The translations under genes and the position numbers were made by a program. A stretch of 63,822 nucleotides of DNA, counting the filler, from Candidatus Zhuqueibacterota bacterium (lineage in GTDB: Bacteria; BS750m-G25), in NCBI GenBank assembly GCA_016783505.1. It is 4 parts of 4 records of this genome, joined end to end, with 100 filler letters (N's around TTAATTAATTAA, not from the genome) between each part and the next. Parts side by side here need not be neighbours in the genome. Positions count along the whole stretch, not along the records: positions 49,030 to 63,822 come from JADHWK010000052.1; 3 more parts are not named here. The stretch is one strand, 5' to 3'. Positions within the stretch are counted from its first letter, which is position 1. Each line of letters begins with the position of its first letter. Positions 57,150 through 63,822 of the stretch are shown in pieces. Below the pieces are notes generated by a model that did no database searches, had not been told where the DNA came from, and saw only the letters and a list, made by a program, of their open reading frames with translations.

Positions 57150-58919
57150 GTGGGAACGTTCGTCATTGATGGGCAGGAGGTCCAGGCTGATCCGAACAAA
57201 ACGGTATTAGAAATTGCTCAAGAGCTTGGCCTAAATATCCCAACGCTCTGTTACCATAAATCACTCTCTCCATACGGAGCCTGTCGGATCTGCACAGTTG
57301 AGATCATCTGGGGAAAAAGATCACGTCTCATCACTGCTTGTACCTACCCCGCTTGGGAGGGGATGGAGGTTAAGACAAATTCAGAGAAGGTGATAAGAGC
57401 CCGGAAGTTGTTATTGGAACTGAAGCTTGCCGAAGCGCCGGGTTCACCGGAGATCAAGAAACTGGCACATGAATATGGTGTTGAAAAGACGGAATTCAAG
57501 GTTGTCGGAGATGAGGATAACAGATGCATCATGTGCGGCTTGTGTGTGCGCATCTGTGAAGATGTTATGGGTATAGGTGCAATTGGGTTTAAAAATCGTG
57601 GAGATCGTCGGGAAATTACCCCCCCACTTGAGGAGTATTCCGATGTTTGTTCTACCTGTGGAGCCTGCGTTTATGTTTGTCCCACTGGAGCGATTAAACT
57701 CGAAGAGTTCACTGACAGAAAACCGATTCCAATCCCCTCTGAATTCGACGCGGGATTAACCTCAAGACCATGTATTTACACGCCATTCCCCCAAGCTGTG
57801 CCAAATAAGCCGGTCATAGATAGGGAAAACTGCATGTTCTTTAAAACGGGGGACTGTAGAATCTGCGAATCGGTGTGTCAGCCTCAGGCAATAAAGTATG
57901 ATCAAGAGGATATAATCATTGAGGAGGAGGTGGGGGCCGTGGTGGTGGCCACCGGTTTTGATCTTTATCCTATGATAAAGCTGGGCGAATACGGGGGTGG
58001 AAAGATCAAAAATGTCATTGACGGATTGGCCTTTGAGAGGATGCTCTCAGCTTCAGGACCCACTCAAGGCGAGGTCAGAAGGCCTTCTGACGGGGTGGTT
58101 CCCAAGGAGGTGGTATTCATCCAGTGCGCTGGTTCCCGGGATCCGGAGCAGAACCTGCCCTATTGTTCCAAGATCTGTTGTATGTACACCACCAAACACG
58201 CCATGCTCTACAAACATCGGGTCCCTGATGGTCAGCCCTACGTATTCTACATTGACATGCGAACCGGGGGGAAGGGGTATGAGGAGTTCTACCAGCGGGC
58301 CATTGATGAGGATGATGTGGTTTTCCTCAGGGGCAAGGTGTCCAAGATATACGAGGAGGATGGTAAAGTAGTCGTCTGGGGGGCGGATACCCTGACCGGG
58401 AAAAAAGTAGAGATCAGGGCCGATATGGCAGTTTTGGCCATGGGGATCGTCCCTAGTGAAGGCACCGATGAACTTGTTAGAAAATTAAAGATCGGCTGCG
58501 GCGATGGAGGATTTTTAACGGAAGCCCATCCCAAACTGCGCCCGGTGGAAAGCATGTCCGCCGGTTTCTTCCTGGCCGGTTGCGCCCAGGCACCCAAAGA
58601 CATCCCCGAGGTAGTGGCCCAGGCCAGCGGAGCCGCCAGCAAGGTAGCCGCTCTCTTTTCGCAGGAAAGGCTATATCACGAACCTATTGTGGCGGTAGTT
58701 GATGAGGACATCTGCAGCGGTTGTAAGATTTGTATTCCTATGTGTCCTTACGAAGCCAGAGAATTTGATGAGGAGAAAAAGATAGTTAGTGTCAAGGAGG
58801 TGCTGTGTGAGGGATGCGGAGCCTGTGTGGCGGCCTGTCCCTCTGGAGCCACCCAGCAGAGAAACTTGCGGGATGATCAGATATTCAAGATGATAGAAGC
58901 CGGGGTGGAGGTGACCTGA
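57150..58919 (+). CDS. NuoG/HydA-like N-terminal Fe-S domains fused to the HdrA C-terminal half
   Basis: PTLC..GACRIC..TAC, CIMCGLCVRIC and CSTCGACVYVCP, then EFDAGL..PFPQAVP, ATGF, FERML, CAGSRD, CSKICCMYTTK, PKDIP and a terminal 2x[4Fe-4S]. Confidence 0.9.
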   Translation: MGTFVIDGQEVQADPNKTVLEIAQELGLNIPTLCYHKSLSPYGACRICTVEIIWGKRSRLITACTYPAWEGMEVKTNSEKVIRARKLLLELKLAEAPGSPEIKKLAHEYGVEKTEFKVVGDEDNRCIMCGLCVRICEDVMGIGAIGFKNRGDRREITPPLEEYSDVCSTCGACVYVCPTGAIKLEEFTDRKPIPIPSEFDAGLTSRPCIYTPFPQAVPNKPVIDRENCMFFKTGDCRICESVCQPQAIKYDQEDIIIEEEVGAVVVATGFDLYPMIKLGEYGGGKIKNVIDGLAFERMLSASGPTQGEVRRPSDGVVPKEVVFIQCAGSRDPEQNLPYCSKICCMYTTKHAMLYKHRVPDGQPYVFYIDMRTGGKGYEEFYQRAIDEDDVVFLRGKVSKIYEEDGKVVVWGADTLTGKKVEIRADMAVLAMGIVPSEGTDELVRKLKIGCGDGGFLTEAHPKLRPVESMSAGFFLAGCAQAPKDIPEVVAQASGAASKVAALFSQERLYHEPIVAVVDEDICSGCKICIPMCPYEAREFDEEKKIVSVKEVLCEGCGACVAACPSGATQQRNLRDDQIFKMIEAGVEVT

Positions 58920-59052
58920 TAATATTGATCTTTAGGATCTGAAGGACTGGATCGGACAATTGAAGAAGGAAAGTCGGAAAGTCATGTTCCGAGACTTGGG
59001 GATCGGTATATTTCCGACTTTCTACTTATATTAGTTTAGAATTAAATACGCA

Positions 59053-60984
59053 ATGAGACTCACATTACGGACAAAGTTAATCATTAGTTTTTTAGTCGTC
59101 GTCCTTATCACCGGTTTTTTTGCCACCTGGGTGGGGGTGCGCTTGATTGGATCTGGGATTATACGGCAAGCCCAGGATAAGGTGAGGGTTGATCTCAATT
59201 CTGCAAGACATATATACCAAGATAAATTAGAAGAAGTAAAGTATGTTGTCCGTTTCAATGTTAATAGATTTTTTATAAGGGATGTTCTTTTAGGTGGTGA
59301 TATAGAATTTTTGCAAGATGAGTTGAGAAGGATTAGAGAAAGAGAAGCATTAGATGTTCTTACGGCTACCGATAAAAATGGAATTGTTGTTTTTAGAGCC
59401 AAGAACCCTGCGGTCTATGGGGATAGCCAAGCTGGGGATGAAGTGGTAAACTTTACCCTTTCTAATAGGGAAGTTGTGGCATCAACGGTGATCGTTAGCC
59501 GGGAGGAATTATTAAAAGAAGGGAACGATCTTGCTGAGAGAGCCCATATAAAGTTAATCCCCACACCCAGGGCCAAGCCGAGGCCGGAAGGTGTGGAGAC
59601 TTCCGGAATGATGATCAAGGCGGCGGCCCCTGTTTTCGACTATGGTGGTAATTTGTTAGGGGTTTTATACGGGGGTAAATTGCTCAACAGGGATTATGAA
59701 ATTGTGGATGAAGTGAAGGAAACAGTCTATCAGGGTCAGACCTATAAAGGAAAGGACATGGGGACGGCGACTATTTTTCAGGGGGACCTGCGAATTTCCA
59801 CAAACGTCAAAAGGAAGGATGGCAGTAGGGCTATCGGAACCCGGGTATCCGAGGAAGTCAATAATCAAGTATTAGTTAAGGGATTGCCGTGGATCGAGAG
59901 GGCGTTTGTGGTCAACGATTGGTACATCACTGCATATGAACCGATAAGGAATATCCGAGGAAACATTATTGGAATCCTATACGTAGGAATTCTTGAAGGG
60001 AAATTCGTGGATATGAGAAGGAGGACGATGTGGATGTTTTTAGGTATAACCTTTGCTGGTATAATGGTTGCTACGATTGCTTCATACTTTCTGGCCAACG
60101 GGGTATTGAAGCCCATCAAGCATTTAGTTTGGGCCTCTAAACAAATTGCCGGGGGGGATTTGACCTACAGGGTAAAGCTCAAAACAAAGGGTGAAATTGG
60201 CGAGTTGGGTGAAGCATTTAATTTCATGGCCTCATCCCTTAAGGATAGGGATGAGCAGTTAAAGGAGAGGGCTAAACAGACCATAATGAAGTCCGAAAGG
60301 TTAGCCACCCTGGGGAAGTTGGCGGCGGGGGTGGCTCACGAGATTAATAATCCAATTAGTGGCATTTTAACCTATATTAAGTTGCTTTCTAAGAAATTAG
60401 AGAAAGGAGAGGATACTTCTGAATTTAAGCGTTACTTAACAATAATGGAGCGGGAAACAGCGCGAGTTGGCCGGACAGTTAAGAATTTGCTCGATTTCTC
60501 CCGAAAACAGGAACCTGATATAACCTCCATTGACATTAATGAGGTAATAGAACAGAGTCTTCTCCTCCTAAATAAATCATTTACGATAGGAAATATAGAT
60601 GTTAAGCGTGAAAGTATGGGTCATATACCAAAGATATTGGGTGACTTCGGTCAGCTCCAACAAGTTTTTATAAATCTCGTTCTTAATTCTATGCAGGCCA
60701 TGAAAGAGGGTGGAAGGCTCCAAATAAAAATCCGATCCGAAGAAAGTTCAGGAAGATTGTGTTTTGTTAGAATAGAGGTTTCTGATAATGGTTGTGGTAT
60801 ACCAAAGCGCAATATACCCAAGATTTTTGATCCGTTCTTTACAACAAAGGGTGGGAAAGATGGTATTGGTTTAGGACTTGGACTTTCTATTGTTCAAAGC
60901 ATTATTAATGCACATAACGGGCATATCCATGTAGAAAGTAAAGTAAAAGAGGGAACCACTTTTACTGTTTGGTTACCTATTTGA
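59053..60984 (+). CDS. Membrane sensor histidine kinase (Cache + HAMP + HisKA/HATPase, NtrB-like)
   Basis: Two TM helices, GVAHEINNP, DNGCGI, FDPFFTTK and GLGL. Confidence 0.93.
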   Translation: MRLTLRTKLIISFLVVVLITGFFATWVGVRLIGSGIIRQAQDKVRVDLNSARHIYQDKLEEVKYVVRFNVNRFFIRDVLLGGDIEFLQDELRRIREREALDVLTATDKNGIVVFRAKNPAVYGDSQAGDEVVNFTLSNREVVASTVIVSREELLKEGNDLAERAHIKLIPTPRAKPRPEGVETSGMMIKAAAPVFDYGGNLLGVLYGGKLLNRDYEIVDEVKETVYQGQTYKGKDMGTATIFQGDLRISTNVKRKDGSRAIGTRVSEEVNNQVLVKGLPWIERAFVVNDWYITAYEPIRNIRGNIIGILYVGILEGKFVDMRRRTMWMFLGITFAGIMVATIASYFLANGVLKPIKHLVWASKQIAGGDLTYRVKLKTKGEIGELGEAFNFMASSLKDRDEQLKERAKQTIMKSERLATLGKLAAGVAHEINNPISGILTYIKLLSKKLEKGEDTSEFKRYLTIMERETARVGRTVKNLLDFSRKQEPDITSIDINEVIEQSLLLLNKSFTIGNIDVKRESMGHIPKILGDFGQLQQVFINLVLNSMQAMKEGGRLQIKIRSEESSGRLCFVRIEVSDNGCGIPKRNIPKIFDPFFTTKGGKDGIGLGLGLSIVQSIINAHNGHIHVESKVKEGTTFTVWLPI

Positions 60985-61526
60985 TGGAAAAGAATCCTAT
61001 TTATGTTATATCAATCGGTGAGATTGAGCAAACGATTTTAGATTTTTTGTCGCGGAGAATAGAGTTGAGATTTAATTGTCCTTCCATTATCTTAGAGAGT
61101 ATAGAAAAACCTCATTATGCTTTTGATAATAAGAGAAATCAATTTTTTTCAAGCAGGATTCTAAAGGAATTAATACATATTATCCCCCTTGATGCATTAA
61201 AAATATTGGGGATTACTTGGGTTGATTTGTATATTCCTGTTTTAACCTTTGTTTTTGGACAAGCTCAGCTTGGTGGGAAAGCGGCTTTAATCTCACTTCA
61301 CCGTTTATCCCCGAAATATTACGGTTCAACAGCGAATAACTCTCTACTTCTGGAGAGAGCCGCTAAGGAAATAGTCCACGAGCTTGGCCATACATTTAGG
61401 TTAACCCATTGTCGGGATAAAATGTGTGTAATGCATTTTTCTGCTTCTATAAGAAATATAGATGTAAAAGGGGATATTTTTTGTGACAGTTGCTTAAAGA
61501 TATTAGAATCGAGGAAAAAGAAATGA
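60984..61526 (+). CDS. Archaemetzincin-family Zn metalloprotease
   Basis: FVFGQA, HELGHTFRLTHC...CVM...FCDSC; overlaps both neighbours. Confidence 0.88.
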   Translation: MEKNPIYVISIGEIEQTILDFLSRRIELRFNCPSIILESIEKPHYAFDNKRNQFFSSRILKELIHIIPLDALKILGITWVDLYIPVLTFVFGQAQLGGKAALISLHRLSPKYYGSTANNSLLLERAAKEIVHELGHTFRLTHCRDKMCVMHFSASIRNIDVKGDIFCDSCLKILESRKKK

Positions 61527-62884
61527 GAATTAGAGAGACAACCCGTATTTTGGTAGTTGACGATGAATTGATTATGAGGGAATCATTGTCTGATTGGTTA
61601 AGAGAAGATGGGTATGGAGTAGAAGCAGTAGATAATGGATACAAGGCTTTGGAGAAAGTCAAAAAGGAGCGTTGGGATATATTGCTTGTTGATTTAAAAA
61701 TGCCTGGAATAGATGGCATTGAGGTAATGCAAAGGGTGAAGAAAATAAATAAGGGTCTCCCCGTTGTCATAATAACTGCATATGCAACTGTTGACACTGC
61801 AGTTAAAGCGATCAAGGAGGGAGCTTATGATTATATTGTTAAGCCATTTAATCCTGAGGAAATAGGACTTATCATTAGGAATATAATTGCACATCAAAAC
61901 TTAATCAAAGAGAATATATACCTACGCCAGGAACTAAAAAAAAGATACGAGTTTAAAGACATTATCGGCAAGAGCCATAAGATGCAGGATGTTCTTGAAA
62001 TGATTAAGACTGTTGCAAAAAGCAACACAACCGTATTGATTGAGGGAGAAAGCGGTACTGGTAAGGAACTCGTTGCGAGGGCAATACACTCATTGAGTTT
62101 AAGAAATAAGGAACCATTCGTTGCTGTATCCTGTGCTGCCTTGCCTGAAACTTTGTTAGAATCAGAATTGTTTGGATATGAAAAGGGTGCTTTTACAGGA
62201 GCAGTAGCAACAAGAATAGGAAATTTTGAGCTTGCGGATAATGGAACACTATTTTTGGATGAGGTTGGCGATACTAGTCTAAAGACGCAAGCAGATTTGT
62301 TGAGAGTTTTGGAGGAAAAAGAGTTCAGAAGGGTTGGTGGCACAAAATTAATTGAAGTTGATGTAAGAATTATTTCAGCTACTAATAGAAATTTAAAAAA
62401 ATTAATAAATGAAGATAAATTTAGGGAAGATTTATACTATAGGTTGAATGTTGTTTCTATTCATGTTCCTCCATTAAGAGAAAGAAAGGAAGACATACCT
62501 CTATTTGCTGAACACTTTTTAAAGAAGTATTCAATTGAAAATAAAAAAGATGTAGAATGGATAGAAGAAGATGCTTTAAGCCTACTAATGAAATATGATT
62601 GGCCTGGTAATGTAAGGGAACTTGAGAATGTGATAGAAAGAGCAGTTGTATTGGTAAAGCGAAATTTTATTGGCGTAGATGAGCTGCCGACATTTGTAAA
62701 AATAGCGGAAAAAGAAGAGTTTAAACCTTCGCTAAACAGGCCATTAAAGGAAATTGAGCGCGAGTATATATTTTGGGTTCTTAAAGCTAATCAATGGAAG
62801 ATAAAGAAAGTCGCCACTATCTTAGGGATAGATCGTACCACTCTCTATAATAAAGTAAAAAAATATAATCTCAAACAGAATTAA
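61523..62884 (+). CDS. Sigma54-dependent response regulator (NtrC/AtoC family)
   Basis: REC domain, GESGTGKE, GAFTGA, WPGNVREL and a Fis-type HTH. Confidence 0.95.
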   Translation: MRIRETTRILVVDDELIMRESLSDWLREDGYGVEAVDNGYKALEKVKKERWDILLVDLKMPGIDGIEVMQRVKKINKGLPVVIITAYATVDTAVKAIKEGAYDYIVKPFNPEEIGLIIRNIIAHQNLIKENIYLRQELKKRYEFKDIIGKSHKMQDVLEMIKTVAKSNTTVLIEGESGTGKELVARAIHSLSLRNKEPFVAVSCAALPETLLESELFGYEKGAFTGAVATRIGNFELADNGTLFLDEVGDTSLKTQADLLRVLEEKEFRRVGGTKLIEVDVRIISATNRNLKKLINEDKFREDLYYRLNVVSIHVPPLRERKEDIPLFAEHFLKKYSIENKKDVEWIEEDALSLLMKYDWPGNVRELENVIERAVVLVKRNFIGVDELPTFVKIAEKEEFKPSLNRPLKEIEREYIFWVLKANQWKIKKVATILGIDRTTLYNKVKKYNLKQN

Positions 62885-62941
62885 TCTACCATAAAGTTGA
62901 ATATTTCAACTCAAAGTAGAAATTTTCTACTTCTTAATTCC

Positions 62942-63787
62942 TTAAACCAAAAGAAAATCCTTTATTAAACTTTCCCATTCTTCTTTATCTAACTTATCGG
63001 TCGTACGGATTAGAGTTCCACCATCTACTACAGTGACACCGATATCTCTTTCAATCCTGTAACGCAACCTATCCACATCCCCCTCAAACCATACTTTTGC
63101 TTCTTCCCCAAATAAGAGATTTTTAAGACTATTCTGTAAATTCGATGGTTCCATTGTAATCACCCATCTCATATAAGGATCTTCATTCAAAAGGGATACA
63201 TCATCTTTGAGCTTCTCATTCGTATACCTAATTCTACCATCAATTGGAGAACATAGCCTTACATTCCTTTCTCCGCATTTAAGCCCAAAAAGAGGACTTT
63301 CCTTATGGATTCTTATGCCTTTCTCTGGCAAATCTATTCCAGTTACCTTACCCAATAGCTTATGAGCAAGATCATCTATTCCTAACCTAATAGTGCCATC
63401 TTTCCTGGTTTCAATCCAGATGTGCTTAGGATGATAGAAAAATTTCTCAACCAAAGCAAACCCTTCTATAAAACTCACCTTTCGCTCAGTCCGTGAAGCT
63501 GCGATACATATCGGTTCATAAGGGCATGCATTGCATGCGTAGATACGACAAATTTTCCAAAAGCCTGGTGGGAAATATCTATGCTCCCCCCTTGCTTTAT
63601 ATTTTTTCATTTCCATATCTCCTCCCTTGTTTGCCTTTGCAATAGCCTTGTACTCTAGACAATCATTATGTTTTTCACTTAAGCATAAACTGAGCTTATC
63701 TGAGCTACTCGAAGGAATCATCTTCTTCACTGGATAAGCTTCACAATATCTTACCAAAACCTCTTCTAAAAATGGACACTGCATCAT
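62942..63787 (-). CDS. GcvH-like protein with a Cys-rich N-terminus, lacking the lipoyl lysine
   Basis: HIWI...RLGIDD...SPIDG...N...LLNEDPY..W H-protein fold; the VESVKA position reads LKCGER. Confidence 0.8.
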   Translation of the reverse strand: MMQCPFLEEVLVRYCEAYPVKKMIPSSSSDKLSLCLSEKHNDCLEYKAIAKANKGGDMEMKKYKARGEHRYFPPGFWKICRIYACNACPYEPICIAASRTERKVSFIEGFALVEKFFYHPKHIWIETRKDGTIRLGIDDLAHKLLGKVTGIDLPEKGIRIHKESPLFGLKCGERNVRLCSPIDGRIRYTNEKLKDDVSLLNEDPYMRWVITMEPSNLQNSLKNLLFGEEAKVWFEGDVDRLRYRIERDIGVTVVDGGTLIRTTDKLDKEEWESLIKDFLLV

Positions 63788-63822
63788 TACCTCCTTTCAT
63801 AAAAAATATGGCAGGATACCCC

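Noticed and set aside
52515-58919. Selenocysteine readthrough or a frameshift as the cause of the split hdrA
   Set aside because: The first half ends in TAA after a complete NuoE-like domain, and a whole NuoF-like gene lies between the halves.

Overview
This looks like a bacterial draft genome or MAG, probably from an FCB-group-like anaerobe (inferred from secreted proteins with NYPNPFN-type C-terminal domains and from Hdr genes). It is four contigs joined by artificial N-TTAATTAATTAA-N linkers at 16910-17009, 32993-33092 and 48930-49029. Contig 1 has a dif site with a small dif-bounded island, a mutagenesis cassette (dinB-like, dnaE2-like, DUF72, SRAP) behind a LexA-like box, and an M20 dipeptidase. 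It also has a probable ceramide operon (spt, bCerS-like GNAT, reductase, lipid kinase) interrupted by an MNT-HEPN pair and a frameshifted RAYT transposase. Contig 2 has a partial lepA, a secreted protein, a LarA-family enzyme and an envelope cluster (Wzi-like, three GT2, radical SAM/SPASM, flippase-like, PHP), plus two MITEs inserted into REP-like palindromes. Contig 3 has an 897-aa repeat-protein gene bounded like an integron cassette, hicBA and vapBC TA pairs, and housekeeping genes (mutase subunit, birA, coaX, amidase, nfi, HDAC, pcm). Contig 4 has a secreted PLD and hdrC-hdrB followed by an HdrA split in two around a NuoEF/HydABC-like module, the most unusual feature here. It ends with a sensor kinase, archaemetzincin, sigma54 regulator and a GcvH-like protein lacking the lipoyl lysine. 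I saw no tRNA, rRNA or CRISPR array. All calls come from reading motifs by eye; no searches were run.
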